The notes under the pieces were generated by a model. That model ran no database searches and was not told where the DNA came from. It saw only the letters and a program-made list of their open reading frames with translations. Shown piece by piece: positions 11,395 to 25,897 of a stretch of 64,000 nucleotides of DNA (its first letter is position 1; the number at the start of each line of letters is the position of its first letter). Position numbers and translations under genes: made by a program. The stretch is from Octopus bimaculoides (lineage: Eukaryota), in assembly GCF_001194135.2 (NCBI RefSeq), contig NC_068983.1, positions 124,494,339-124,558,338 of the forward strand, read 5' to 3'.

Positions 11395-13940
11395 CCTTAT
11401 CGTTATTATTATCATCATCATCTGTTTGGCGAGATTTGGAGTCAACTTGACTCCAAATCTCGCCCACAGACCTCAAGAAGCAACAAATTCAAGTTGGTGT
11501 TATGACTAAGGTGCCATATTTTCGTTTTTGCGCAAAGTATTGTTCTAGAGAATGTCTGTGAAAATATAAGAAAATTAGAAATTTGTTTTAAAAGCGCTTT
11601 GATTATGAGATGATAGTGTGATGTTCAGATGACAGTAAAGGTGTTTGTTATTATGTACATTTAAAAGTATTTTGCTACTGTTTACAGATTAAAATGTTTT
11701 GGGGATTACATAGACAATATTTGTAGGATATGAGCATTTCCCATGAGCACTATTTTTTGAGTTTCTTCCACTTTTGGATTTCCTGGTACCTGGGATATGT
11801 AGCAGCAAGCTCCTTTTGCTATCATTCCTAGGGAACCTATGACAATAAGTATTGTTTTAGTCTTGAGATTCCACATTTTGCCAATTTCTATTTCAAGATA
11901 TTTATTCTTGCTCAGTTTTTGGTAGGTCTTGACAGATACATTTATGTCGATCGGGACAGTCATATCGATGAAGAGGCTTGATTTCTCTATGAAATCGTTC
12001 AATACAATGTCTGGTCTATTTGCATCTATCTTTCTGTCAGTTTGAACGGTGAAATTCTAAAGGAGTGAGATGAGGTCATTGTCAAGTACTGGAGGTGGTT
12101 TGTGTTCCCACCCGTTTTTATCATGGGACATGTCCAAGTCTTTGCAAATTACTCAGTAAATATGTTGTGCTGCTCTATCATGCTTGTTGAGATACTCTGT
12201 AAGCGCAAGAAAGCTGGACATGGAGACAACTTGATTGATGGTTTCGTTTTGTTGTTTACGTATGCGACATGTTAGGCTACTGCCGTTCTTTAAGATGTTG
12301 GCCTGGTAGCTTCTTGTAGATAGGCATTGATCATAGGTTGCGATGATAAACCCTTCTGTCTCTGATTTTTAGCTAGAAGACACTAGCCATTGATGGGTAA
12401 GGGCTTTGTCAACATCGGCATTATGAGTTCTCTTTGGTTATTGGCCATTGAGAAGTTTTTCTTGCCATTTATCAGTAAGAATATACAGAGCGGCAGTTTT
12501 AGCAAAGGTTTTCATACATTTAGCTTTTTCTGTGATTGTTTCCAGTACGTTTAATTCTGGGATTTGTTGTATTTCGGATTCACTTAGATATTTCTTTGCC
12601 TGTTTTGCTACTGAGTATGATGTTTTCTTGTTTTCATGCTTTACGACAAGTTTTAATATCCAGTTATCACAGACTTTCAGGTAGGTATTTAGGCCAATTG
12701 TGGCAATGTTCATTGTCAATTTCAGGTGTAAAAGCCCACGGCCACCCTCTTCTCTTGGCAGATATAGTCGTTAAATATCTGCCTTAGGGTGGCGTATTCC
12801 ATTCATTGTGAACAGTTTTTGTATTTTCTGTCAAGTTTCTATATTTCAGTAATTGACCAGTTAATAATTTGAAACTGTAAGTCACGACCAATATGGCTAA
12901 AGTATCGATCGCTTGAATCTTTTTTCTTGCGTTCAGCCCTGTCTTGAGTGTTGCCCTAACCCTGTGATAACATTCTTTTCTGATCTTTTCCCTCATCATT
13001 GAATGCTAAATTTCATCACCTTCAAATATCCCTTAGTGTCTGTAGCTCTCCGCCTGTTCTAACCTGTTTTTATAGTATTCTGCTGTTCAGTATTAAGGTT
13101 GGATGTTTCTATCATTTTCCCCCTGAAAAAGGTAAGTTTTGCACATTTACCTAGGCCATATTCCATTAAGCCCTGTAGTCATATTTTGCAAAGAGTTTTA
13201 AATCATTCATGTAAAAGAGGTTTATATATTTATCAAAAATTTTATAGCTATATTGTACATCATCAAGCAATTTCTAAAGAGGTATTAAGGCTAGAGAAAA
13301 GAGGAGTGGTGACAGAGAGTCACCCTGGAAAATTCCACATGAAATTCTTACATCTCCAGCATTGAGGGATTCATTGTCACTGTTCAAAGTCATATGGTTC
13401 TCCACGACCTCATCCTTTTTGCAGAGTAGGTGCTATTTTACAAATTTCCAAGCATTTCTTAATCTAGCTATGTTACAGACTATCAAAAACTTCTTTTATA
13501 GTCTATGCAGACGGTCGGCCGGCGGCCGGCCGGCCGGGCGCCGCCGCGTACCCGCAGAGCCGATCGAAAGAGGCCGAATTGAGAGCGTTCTTTGTGACAC
13601 TTTTCCAAGATCATCTTATTGATGAGTAGCTGATCTTTACAACCATAGGACCCACGTTTACATACTTTTTGCTCATTAGGGAAGATACCACTTTCTATTA
13701 AAAAACTATAAATGTATTTAGTCAAGGCAGATATAAGTATTTTATACATTGTTGTTAAGTAGGTTAGGTGTCTACAATTTCTTGGTTCATTTGTTTCTTC
13801 ATTTTTCGGAAGTAGAAATGTAACACCATTAACTAGCCAAGCGGGAATCGTACTAAGTTGCTCTCTGGAAAGGCATTCAACCATAAGTTAGGAGTTTTAT
13901 CCTTTCCTGGAGCCTTCCATTTGCTTGATTCCTGAGAAAA
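11320..13940 (-). mobile_element. R4/Dong-clade RLE LINE, 5'-truncated, frameshifted, with (AAT)n tail; same family as 738-1631
   Basis: RT N-terminus (GVTFLLPK..YKIL..EQK..GSYGCKDQLLINKMIL..IDYK), RT core, CCHC and RLE (IDMTVPIDINVSVK..KYLEI..GNAHIL). The 3'UTR matches 1395-1580. (ATT)n lies at 11320-11420. Confidence 0.92.
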
Positions 13941-13964
13941 GATCTTACATCCTCTTGATACCCT

Positions 13965-14071
13965 CTCCTTTCGGGGACGATAAGTTAAGTACCAGTGAAA
14001 CACTGGGGTCAATGTAATCGGCTAATCTCCTCCCACTAAACTTCAGGCCCTGTGCCTTCAGTAGAAAGTAC

Positions 14072-14132
<61 letters not shown>

Positions 14133-14175
14133 ATCATCATCATCATCATCATCATTATTATTATCATCATTATTG
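13965..14175 (+). mobile_element. SINE family B, 3' half with (ATT)n/(ATC)n tail
   Basis: cctttcgggga..taagtaccagt..ctggggtcaatgtaatcg..caggccctgtgcc..gtagaaag followed by (ATT)n. Confidence 0.85.
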
Positions 14176-15351
14176 TTTTTGCACTGCTTCTAACGCTGGA
14201 GATGTATTACTGTGCCAGCCGTTCACTACCAGTGAACTAAGATAACACCCCTTATTTTTCGAGCACCATACAGAGCATTCGAGCGGTTCCAAGCAGTGCT
14301 GTTTTCTGCAAGTGTTCCACTCTTATTGCATCCCCTATTTATTCCATGTACTTCTCAAGATTTTACTCACTATTCCCAGGGCTAAGACAATTATTGGTAC
14401 TACTACCACCTTTTTCATCAACCACAGCTGCTTAACTTCTCACTCTAATCTGTCATATCTGTCGACTTTTCTTTCTTCCTTATCGCATACCTTGTTGTCA
14501 GCCGGGCATGCTATATCTATGATCTATGCTAATATCTATTTATATTTTCGACGATGCATTCGGGTTCGTGGTCGTACCACGGTTTTGATCTGTCAAGTCC
14601 ATATTTGTTGCAAAGTGTCCAATAGACAATCGTTGCTATACTGTCATGAGGTCTCTTATATTCTTTCTGGGCTAGTGGCGTACATTGGCTGGTAATATGC
14701 CGTACGGTTTCACCAATTTGCCCAGAGATTCTACACTTAACACTTTCTGATGTGTTGTCTATACTGTCTTTGATGTAATTCATTCTTAGTGCTTGCTCTT
14801 GGGCAGCACAGATTAGAGCCTCTGTTTCCAGTTTTAAATCACTTTTAGTCATCCATAGCCATCTTTTTTCTCTGTCTGTCTTATCTTCAACACCCCTATG
14901 AAATTGTACATGCATTCTTTTCTTTTTTTAATCCACCTATTTTTAGTTTCATCATTCTGAAGTGCTTGTATAGTGCTTTATCGTTGCAATCATCCATCCT
15001 ACACAAGCCTGACCTTAGTTCCAATAATAGTGGTTCTGTGGCATTTTTTACATGCCATGATATGTTGTTTTCTTCCGCTCTAATGCTGTGTTCGCATCCA
15101 ATCAGTCCTCTTCCCTCACTTTTTCATGGTTCATACAGTCTGTCTGTGTCACTTTTCGGGTGGCGCACCCTATATTTAGTCAGCAGCTTTCTCGTCTTTC
15201 TGTTTAAGCTGTACAGTTCGTCTATTGTCCATGCGATTACCCTTGCTCCATATCTAAGGAGTGAAACCGCCCATGTGTTGATGGCTTCAGTCTTATTCCG
15301 TTCGTTTAATTTCGACTTAAGGATCAGTTTCAATCTGCGCAAGTACTCCAC
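14176..15351 (-). mobile_element. Second R4/Dong-family fragment (RT thumb to RLE and 3'UTR)
   Basis: INTWAVSLLRYG, KLETEALICAAQEQAL, CRISGQIGETVRH, WTLCNKYG, and a TALLGT-like C-terminus. Bounded by (ATT)n on both sides. Confidence 0.88.
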
Positions 15352-15352
15352 C

Positions 15353-15432
<80 letters not shown>

Positions 15433-15660
15433 GTTCAGTAGTTTTATTTTTATAACGTGCTTTCACTTCACTACCGAGCGCAGCTCTGTGTGCCTTGGGT
15501 ATGTGCTGTGGTTTGCTGTGATGCTCTTATGGTTATTGTATTGAGAGTGTTTTGCGTAGGATGTGTGCAGTGCCCAGTAGTGCAATTTTCTGTATGTTAT
15601 ATATATTTGTAAGTCCTGGTGTTTTTGTTATGTATTTGTCTGAATATTTTTTTATTATAC
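15352..15660 (-). mobile_element. 3' end of a third R4/Dong family with (AAT)n tail, truncated by gap
   Basis: Minus strand reads IQKIALLGTAHILRKTLSIQ*, then a 3'UTR and (ATT)n at 15352-15432. Confidence 0.85.
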
Positions 15661-16030
15661 NNNNNNNNNNNNNNNNNNNNNNNNNNNNNNNNNNNNNNNN
15701 NNNNNNNNNNNNNNNNNNNNNNNNNNNNNNNNNNNNNNNNNNNNNNNNNNNNNNNNNNNNNNNNNNNNNNNNNNNNNNNNNNNNNNNNNNNNNNNNNNNN
15801 NNNNNNNNNNNNNNNNNNNNNNNNNNNNNNNNNNNNNNNNNNNNNNNNNNNNNNNNNNNNNNNNNNNNNNNNNNNNNNNNNNNNNNNNNNNNNNNNNNNN
15901 NNNNNNNNNNNNNNNNNNNNNNNNNNNNNNNNNNNNNNNNNNNNNNNNNNNNNNNNNNNNNNNNNNNNNNNNNNNNNNNNNNNNNNNNNNNNNNNNNNNN
16001 NNNNNNNNNNNNNNNNNNNNNNNNNNNNNN

Positions 16031-16360
<330 letters not shown>

Positions 16361-16411
16361 ATTATCACATCCATTGCAATGTTTTCCTATCCATCCCCAT
16401 ATTTACAATAT

Positions 16412-16708
16412 ACTTTTTATCTTTTACATGTTTAAGTCATTAGACTGCGGTCATTCTGGGGGTACCGCGTAGAAGAATTTGCTAGTCGTCGAATGAATCG
16501 ATCCCAGTACTTAAACTTTTAAACGTGGTACTTATTCTATCGTTCTCTTTTTGCCACACAGACGAAGATCTGTCAGTTTCCGACTATCAATTCACTAAGA
16601 AGAATTTGGTCGGCTCGTGCCTATAGTAGAAAACGATTGCCCAAGGTGCCGCGCAATGGGACTGAACTCGAAATAAAGGGATTGGGAAGTAAACTTCTTT
16701 CAACACAA
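16412..16708 (-). mobile_element. SINE family A (CORE-like), internally deleted
   Basis: The reverse complement contains gttcagtccca..ggcaccttgggcaa..ctactatag and the tail ..atgactt aaacatgtaaaagataaaaag. Confidence 0.8.
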
Positions 16709-16807
16709 TCACATCAATATATTTATTAGACAAGAGTCCCAACATTTTGCCATTTTGTAAGACAGTAAACACCAAGTGAGTAAACACTGAGTATATGTAT
16801 GTGCTCT

Positions 16808-16809
16808 TG

Positions 16810-16864
<55 letters not shown>

Positions 16865-16915
16865 GTGTTTGTGTGTGTGTGTCAATGTGTATGTGTGTGT
16901 GTGTTCGTGTGAGTG
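16808..16915. repeat. (GT)n microsatellite
   Basis: Direct reading. Confidence 0.95.
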
Positions 16916-17419
16916 CATGTCTGTGTGTGTTGAAGTGTATGTCTGTGGAGGAATGGTCGTGCATATTTATGAGACTGTTGTGTATTTCTACTAGTTCGGA
17001 GAAAATTTAAATCTCTTGAAGGTGCCATACAGCTTGTTATATTGAAAACGACCAAATAGCTGCAGGCCTCATGAAATAATATCCTGTTGTTTCAAATCAA
17101 TTATTTTCCATCTGGAAATGGAATTTGATAATAAATACCTGACGGAGAAACCAGCGACGAAATAGTTGTCATAAAATTTGGTTTTGGAGTGCTCACAAAT
17201 GTTTATGTACATTTATTAACGTGAGCGTTGTAATTATAACGATAAGCAGCTGGTGATGGTTGAGTTTATTACTATTAAAATCCTAGCTTTTAATTATTTG
17301 TTTTCATTTGCGTCACTCAAAACAGGCGTTAACATGAACATATAATGTGAGCAACTGTGGCTGGTTGTTGTGGACTTGGGCAAAATTTCGTCTCGGCGTA
17401 GCTATTATAATAAAACGTT

Positions 17420-17562
17420 TGCTTCTCAACCACATACCTCCGGGTTCAGTCCCACTGAGTGACATCTTAGACAACTGTCTTCTACTATAAACCTTGTGAG
17501 TGGATTTGGTAGACGGAAAGTAAAAGAAGCTTGTTGTATATATGTATCCATAAATATGTATA

Positions 17563-17652
<90 letters not shown>

Positions 17653-17685
17653 GTGTGTATGTATGTATGTATGTATGTGTGTATG

Positions 17686-17719
<34 letters not shown>

Positions 17720-17740
17720 TGTATCTATCTATCTATCTAT
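17420..17740 (+). mobile_element. SINE family A head/core followed by (ATCT)n/(ATGT)n
   Basis: gggttcagtcccactg..gtcttctactata..ccttgtgagtggatttggtagacggaaa. Confidence 0.8.
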
Positions 17741-18780
17741 CTTGTTGATTACAGGGGATCCATAAACGTTCTTGGCATATGAAAGTGAAAAGAACTTCTC
17801 TAAACTACGATTCTCCTTAAGTTATTCTCATTAGATTATAATTAACTGATTCTCCATTCATTAATGTTAGTATTATATTACTTCTGTTATAATTAATCCA
17901 AACACTTTTATTAAGATTAATTGAGTGAATAAGTAACGCTAGATTTTATTAACGTAAATAGCTTCAAAACAATATAACATTGCAAATGATTTTCTTACGG
18001 TTGGCGGCTGCCTTTGAACATGTTTTGATGTCAAATTTCACGTTTGGGGTCAAATGCCAAGTTTGGTACTTGCTATGTGTCTGTATACAAACATATTCTG
18101 CCACTACTAACCTTGATGAACGAGATTGCCAAATTTAATGACATTGGTGGAATAAAAATTCCATTAGCGGTTCTTGAATTTACAACATCCCTCTGCTATC
18201 CACTCTCGTTGATTGACGAGTTGTAGTCCTGCCACTTTACATTTAGATGATCTGCTAATTAATCAACGTGTCACAGCTCGCTTGTTTATTCGGTAGCCTG
18301 ATGAGTTGAGAGTTGAGCCACATAATACGTAATCTCGAAATCTTATGATTTTCGTGCATACTGCATACCCGATTCAACTCAACTATGCACACATCATAAA
18401 AGACCCCCTTAGCGAAACAACTGTAGCAATATTAGTTAACCCATTCGTCTGTTCACAAACATATATATATATTTATATATACATACACACACACACACAC
18501 ANNNNNNNNNNNNNNNNNNNNNNNNNNNNNNNNNNNNNNNNNNNNNNNNNNNNNNNNNNNNNNNNNNNNNNNNNNNNNNNNNNNNNNNNNNNNNNNNNNN
18601 NNNNNNNNNNNNNNNNNNNNNNNNNNNNNNNNNNNNNNNNNNNNNNNNNNNNNNNNNNNNNNNNNNNNNNNNNNNNNNNNNNNNNNNNNNNNNNNNNNNN
18701 NNNNNNNNNNNNNNNNNNNNNNNNNNNNNNNNNNNNNNNNNNNNNNNNNNNNNNNNNNNNNNNNNNNNNNNNNNNNNNNN

Positions 18781-18849
<69 letters not shown>

Positions 18850-18851
<2 letters not shown>

Positions 18852-19050
18852 AACCATCGCTTGACTCCCGGTGTTAGTGTGTTTATATCCTATTACTTAG
18901 AGGTTCAGGAAAAGGAAACGATAGAATAAGTAACAGGCTTAACAAAAAATTTTTACTGGGGTCGATTTATTCAACTAAAAATTCATCAAGACCACCGTCT
19001 TGACCACAGTCTAATGACAGAAATAAGGAAAAAGTAAAAGATAAAAGATA
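18850..19050 (+). mobile_element. SINE family A tail segment
   Basis: cgcttgac..ggtgttagtgtgttt..gatagaataagta..ggggtcgattt..aagtaaaagataaaagata. Confidence 0.75.
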
Positions 19051-21434
19051 AAATATATTTTCGCTGACAAACCAACGTTCTGAGACAATCTGAAGGGTAT
19101 TTTAAGGAAAAAAGCACATGATAGAAAATATCTGCAGGTTAACAAAATTTTATTGAATTTTTCTTGCAGAGACCACGATTACTGGAGTCTTTTCGATTCT
19201 AAAACTACGTTTTGTTTCGGATAGCACCGAGTAGCAAATATCTTTAATTAACTGAGTCAACATTACTCTAAATAAGATTTTGCCTTGAGCGAAAACTGCG
19301 AATTTCATATACAAAATTAGATCCTATTTTGTTGTTTTCAGAAAAAAAGAGACAATTTCGCAGCTGATGCAACGATTGCAGCAGCTACAAAAAAACTGTG
19401 AAAAACCAAGTCGGCAATAGTCACATCCGCACCCAAAACATCAACAAACACATCTGCTACAAAAACAACGTAAAACCCTATCAGCCACCACTGATAAATT
19501 GGAAAAGTTAACAAATTGAATATTGAGATAAAACGTGTTTCAACACACAACAGTTTAGAAGATTCTTACTAGTAGTTCCGTATCAAATAAGAAATGATAG
19601 ATGAAACACCCTGCCCGTATATTGTAGATACTCTACTGGGCTAACATTTAATCCTGACTCCATGCTGGTATTGATCTACTGAATTGTCTGAACATATTAA
19701 CGATTTATAAGTATACAATTCATATGACGGGCTATAATGTGGCGTAAGCCTTCAAAATCTATATTGATATCAAGACACTTTGTTGGGCTTTGATGAGTGC
19801 AATGCAAAACTTTGGATCTACAGAAGATTGTGGATCAAAGACCTCGCGTAGAATGTAATGTAGTATTTTTTGAGTCTTTCTTACGAAGCACAACTGCTGA
19901 AATATTTCATCACCATTGGTTTTTTTAATACTCTTCAGCGACTAAAACAGAGTTTGCAAGTTCGAAGCTAAAAACGATTGACTGGAGTCGATGCGATCGA
20001 CTAACCTCTCTACCCACCCAAATATCAGGCCTTGTGCCTGTAATAGAAAAGATTATTATCATCAACAATTCTCTACGATTCTTCTTGAATCCAAATTACT
20101 GAGCACATGAAGAATACACCTCATTTCTATAAGTTCCCAGGCACCTTCAAAACTAAGATCAGCGCATTTACTGGAAACAGTTTTTCAATTGTCTGGGTTT
20201 GCTAGTTTAGCTACAGGAATACGTTAGCGGATTTTTATCCCTTTCATGCGAATATTTCTCTGAATTCGAAACTTGAACTTTCTACATATTAGTTAGTGAT
20301 CAATGTCATATCGTTTTGGGATACTCTCAGATCAATCATGTGTATGATAAATCTATGCGAATCTGTGCTTAATTGTTGATTGGAGGTTATATAGAGGGCT
20401 AGCTCGTTCCATGTTTCATGCTGCTTTCCAATCCATGCCTTGAAGTAATCAAGGAATATAAACTTGATATCTCATGTCTGATAGAATGAATGTACGAAGA
20501 GACTCGTAGAAGAGGATCGTCATTATAGATTCTTCGCTGATTGAAGAATATACTCCGAAGAAACAAAAAGGTACTGTCTACATGTGAGGGGTAATAGGAG
20601 ATTTATTAGTAGCCATTTATACATCCTGATTTCTCTAATTGCTCAAGTGAAGTTATACTGATGTAAAAACAACATTTATCTTTAGTTTTCTTACCAAAAC
20701 AATATGAAATCCGAAAGACATGCTTCAGCGAGTGATGCTATCTCTACGAACACTATTCTAACTTGTTGGCAACTAGATAAAGGATTGTTTAGGGAGCTTT
20801 TAAAATTTTTATATCAGAAGTTACTAGTGGTTTGCCCTTTCCCGTATATTCAGTAATGTCATTGTTAATATGCTCATTAATGCTTATTGAAGTAACATTA
20901 CTTACAACAAAGTAACGAACATGTTTTCACGAACGTCTACCTATTCCACAAGGAAACTATTTGAGCAGTACTCTCAAATTAAAAGAACTGCTTAGACATA
21001 AGAATCTCTGTCCAAATTAGTATCTGAATATGAAGGCATCATAATTACGTTACGGAAGTTTCTAACCGCCTATGTGCAGATTCATGACTATGTGTTTCCT
21101 ACTGATTAAATGTAAACATATTGCCACTCTGCGTCGAAAGAAATGCAATTAGAGGGTTGATGTATGCTACACACATCGACTCTCTAAGTATTTACATTTA
21201 AATACCCAGTAACAAGCAAAAGTAAATGATAGTTAAATATTTGAACGGTAGGCTTTACACCAGAGACTCATTGTTATTTCTCATAAAAGGTACCCACACA
21301 TATGCAGGAGTTCAGTTTTGGGATGTTTTCTTTATGTGGTTTTATTGAACACCTAAGTATAAACTTTCTCTCACCTCTTTCATACCCCCTCTCTCTCTCT
21401 ACATACACACCTTCACACATATATGCACATACGT

Positions 21435-21635
21435 CCCTCACCACTTGACAACCAGTATTGGTTTGATTATATCCTTGTCACTCAGCAGTTGGGGCGTCCT
21501 ATGGGACGACTTAGAGGAGAGACTTAGCAGAGAATAAGGACCAAACTTAAAGTACTGTGCTCGATCTGATCGACTAAATCTTTCGAGGCTGAGCCCCTGC
21601 ATAGCCTCATTCCTGTGACTGAAAATAAGTAAAAT
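21435..21635 (+). mobile_element. SINE family A tail segment, decayed
   Basis: cacttgacaaccagtattggt..cgatctgatcgactaa..gtgactgaaaataagtaaaa. Confidence 0.65.
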
Positions 21636-21692
21636 AGCTTTTAACTTTCAATCTGCATATCTATCTGTTCGATGTGTGTGTGTACACACACA

Positions 21693-21840
<148 letters not shown>

Positions 21841-23344
21841 TTTATACCTATCTACATAAACGATTTAAGTAGCGAACATACGTATGTTTTGTATAAAGAA
21901 GCACACGTATCTAATCTTATAAATTCATGCTGTACAATGTAAATTATTAATGTAATTATGAATTGATAACACAGTTTCAATAATTTAATTAAATCAAAAT
22001 GTCTGATCTGTAGCTTTTAGATTTCCGACACCAGTTACTGTAACATAATATACATTGATATTTTTCTTGGTAAATGAAGAAAGTGGCTTCAAAATTTATA
22101 TAATTACATTTGTGTTTAATTGTATAAATATAAACCTTTATATATATTTCAATTAATCTCCATAAGTTAATTTATATATTTTTAAATAACATATAATCTT
22201 GGTAACATATTTTGAATATAACTCATTCAATTTTCATTGCTATTTCTCCGTGTTTTCTTTCATCAGTATTTAAGGTTGAAAGCAAACTTGATAGACTTTC
22301 AAATGTTTTATTTTATTTAACTTGTTAAAAGGAAATATCTGAATACCGGCGTCGCAGGTTGATGAATTGTTTGATAAATAGTCTCGAAATTTAAAATGGA
22401 GACGACGTTTAATTACACTAATATATCCATACTTGGTTCCACTGAGGTGTAGTGTTGATGGCTTTGATTAAAAGGATGTATGTAAGCATTTCTATCATAG
22501 GTATCTCACTTCCATCAAATCATAGGAAGAATTCTGCACAACACATCATGGTAATGGAACGTTGCATTTAGCATCATATCTGCTTGAAGGGGATCATCAC
22601 AATGTTGAGCAAGCGACCTCTTCAATAGTCACTATATACCTTTTACGCTTACGTAATATTTTCACTTCTTCAAAGCAGGACTGCTTAGTTAATAAATTAT
22701 TCATCCATAAACTATACCATACTTTGCTGCCTAATTAAAGTCTGGTGGGATTGATAATTTGGATTTGTGTTAGCCATAGCAACAAAACGCATCACTACTT
22801 ACTCAATTCATCGGCACTTATCCGTAGATCAGTAGATTGCCACTTACAGAAGCATATGTAAGTATATTGTGAAATAAATTGACGTACTGTATAATAAGTT
22901 GATTGAATATTTTGCAGATTGAAAGCTATCTTGAGAAAATAATATTATGATTCCAAATGATCTAAATATTCACAGTTCGTATCTGATTCTTGCAAATATC
23001 CGTAATTTAGAATAATTGAATGAAATCCAATAATTTGACCTCATCAATGTGTGAATATTTTATTTTGTTATCTTGGAAATTTCGCTTTAATAAATTCAGC
23101 TTAGATAACAAAACGTATTTTCTTTATAGAACTTTCAATGTTCTTAAATTTATCTAATAAAGTTTCGTTTCTTACTTATTCGGTCAAAAAGAAAGACAAA
23201 AAATGTTTCTAATTCAATGATTGTAGCTAAAGTTTAAGAAAAGCTAATTCAATTGAAATCATGGAAATATCGATATATAACCACACGTTTAAAAGTATAG
23301 ACATGCATTATATTTTATAATTTAAATGAAGTACAACACTCTAA

Positions 23345-23935
23345 TCTTCAAGCATCTCTGCTCCTTTATGAAGCCCCCATTGGAAGTTCTGAAAGGTGAA
23401 AGTATCTCCAATCTTTGTCACGGTCTCCTGCATTTTCAAACGACTGCCTACGAGGTTCTCCTTCTTCTTAGGGAATGACCAAAACTTACAGGGCAAAATG
23501 TCTGGACTGTAGGTTGGATGTGGTACAGTAGATTGTTACTCGGATGCTCAGTGAACACATTTTGCACAAATCTTGCGCTTGTTCATTTTTTCATGACTAA
23601 TTCCATGTACAGTTGCCTCATCAATTCCAAACTGCATGCTTATTCTCTTTATAGGTACATGACGACCTTCATCCAGAAAATTGCGAATTTTCTCAACCAT
23701 CTCTAACCTTCTGACGCCTCATCTCTACTGTACCTGAAGCTTTTGTTCAAGAAAAAAATTTAATCTATAAGCAATCTAGAGCATTTCATAAGTTACTATA
23801 GCATTTTTGCCCTGTTTAACACAAAACTATTACATAGCAAACTTTCAAATCTCCCGACTGCATTCTGCAAACTAGTCAGCTGTGACAAGCAGTTTTTCAT
23901 GGGGTGTGTTTGATTGCCGTGACAGAGGTCTTCTT
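23345..23935 (-). mobile_element. Decayed, internally deleted mariner; same family as 44644-45487
   Basis: The reverse complement aligns by eye with 44760-45380 (..ttgtgttaaac..gcaa..acttatgaaa..cagtagagatgagg..gagatggttgaga..). Confidence 0.75.
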
Positions 23936-24148
23936 TAATCTAGAAGAGTAAAAGTTAATAGGTTAGTTCATTTGATGTATTTTAATGCTATATTAAAATT
24001 ATAATAATCTAGGATACTTATAACTGCCTCTCCTAAAAAAGTCGCAAAACTTCTCGAATGTATCTCGTATGTTATCGGGTTTAAGAATACAATCCAAGAT
24101 TCTTTATCTTAAAATAAGACGATTAACTCAACACAAAATTGTTTATCT

Positions 24149-24544
24149 TTTACTTGTTGCACTCACTGGACTGCGGCTATGCTGGGAAACTGTCTTGGAT
24201 GGTTCTAGTCGAACAAATATACTCCAGTACTTATTTTTAAATTCCTGGTTCTCATTCTATCAGTCTCTTTTGCCAAACCGCTAGTTTAGAGGAACGAAGT
24301 CGAACCAACACCGGTTGTCAAGCTGTCTTGGGTGACAAACGTAAAGATACGTATGCACACGCATAAACACACACACATATGGGCTTCTTTCAGTTTTCAT
24401 TTACCAAATGCAATCACAATGCTTTGGTCGGCCCGAAGTGGTTATAGTAGACGGCACTTGCTCAAAGTAACGCGCATTAGAATTGAACACAAAACCACAT
24501 GGTTGGGAAGCAAGCTTCTTCTCTACACAATCACGCCTGCGCCT
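24149..24544 (-). mobile_element. SINE family A, near full length
   Basis: Head aggcgcaggcgtg..gaagcttgcttcccaaccatgtgg, core, (GT) tract and tail. Confidence 0.85.
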
Positions 24545-25852
24545 ACTCGTTTATTTAGATTTTTAAAATCTCATTTTCGCATTAAGCCATATAAATTTAG
24601 CAAAACATAATTCTACTTAACATTGTCGAAGTGAACGTAAAGTTATTACCATTCTGGAATTTAATTCTCTAAGCGTTACTTTCTTGAATAATCTTCTGGT
24701 GAATCTCATTGTAATTGATTTCTATCATAAATATTTGCTAATCATCCATTTCCCTGAATGTCTCTCAACTAATGTGTAAGTCTGGCTTCTATTTATTCAT
24801 TTAATTGTTTTAGTTGGGTTTAGTCAATGGATTACGGCCATACTGGATTATCACTTTCAAGTGTTTTAGTCGATCCTATTAACATTTATTTGGCACATAA
24901 TATTAATTTTGTTTATAGGTGCAGGCGTAGTTACTGTAGTAAGAAGTTTGCTTCTTAACTACATGGTTCGGAATCAGTCTGCATGGTCCCTTGGGCAAGT
25001 GTTTTGTATAAATCCGAACCAACCAAAACGTAATTTTACGAAATTTTAAAGTATAGAGATAAGATTAACCTAATTATTAATAGATTGGACCTTAGAGTAT
25101 CTTGTGTACATAGGAGCACTCGTACCTTCAAATATTTTAGAAACAAATAACATTTTACATATACTATGATTTGGAAGCAGAAATTACCTGGGGTGTCATA
25201 TCTTTCATAACATACCTTCTATTGTATGGAATTATATGTAATATAACCTCTACCTGTTTAATCTACATTCCTCCTATATTTATATTTCTCTATTTCCCCG
25301 TTTGGTTCTAATAATTTCTTCCCTAGTAGTTATAATATGTGTATTTACAATGGATTACCAGATCTTACGCTTTCCTAAAGTATATTATATACCTCCTGTG
25401 AACTGTTATGATTCTACACATATCTGTGTCTGTAATGTTATATCTTATAAATATAAATACACATCCAATGGTATATTTTTAATTAGTTTTCGTCATGAAT
25501 ACCTTGACTTATCCTTATCTTTTATTTTCTATTTTTATATCCGGTATAGATTTTATGACATTCGCAATGTAAAAGTTTTACCTTCATTTTTATTTACTTT
25601 TTCATTTTATAAATTCTTTAGTGGAATTTTATACAATTTTTAAAACTCTATATTCATTTTTATTTTATTTGATTTATGCTTTTATCTTGTATTATATTAT
25701 TGTATTATATATATCTATATACCCTCATATACACTGGTGTAATTTCTATGGACTGTGAAGGGGATTGTAACTTCTCTCCATAATAATTATGGTATAATAT
25801 AATACAATATGGTGTTTATATTTATTTATTTACATTTATATTTATAATTGTA

Positions 25853-25897
<45 letters not shown>

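Noticed and set aside
18298-18350. CUGAUGA...UCUC GAAA UC-uuau-GA UU hammerhead-like string
   Set aside because: Stem I does not pair and stem II is offset; at best a decayed relic.
19330-21200. Possible very old PLE/LINE relic or exon after the ttttcag acceptor at 19340
   Set aside because: All frames are closed and only faint motifs remain (TPHFYKFP); unsupported.
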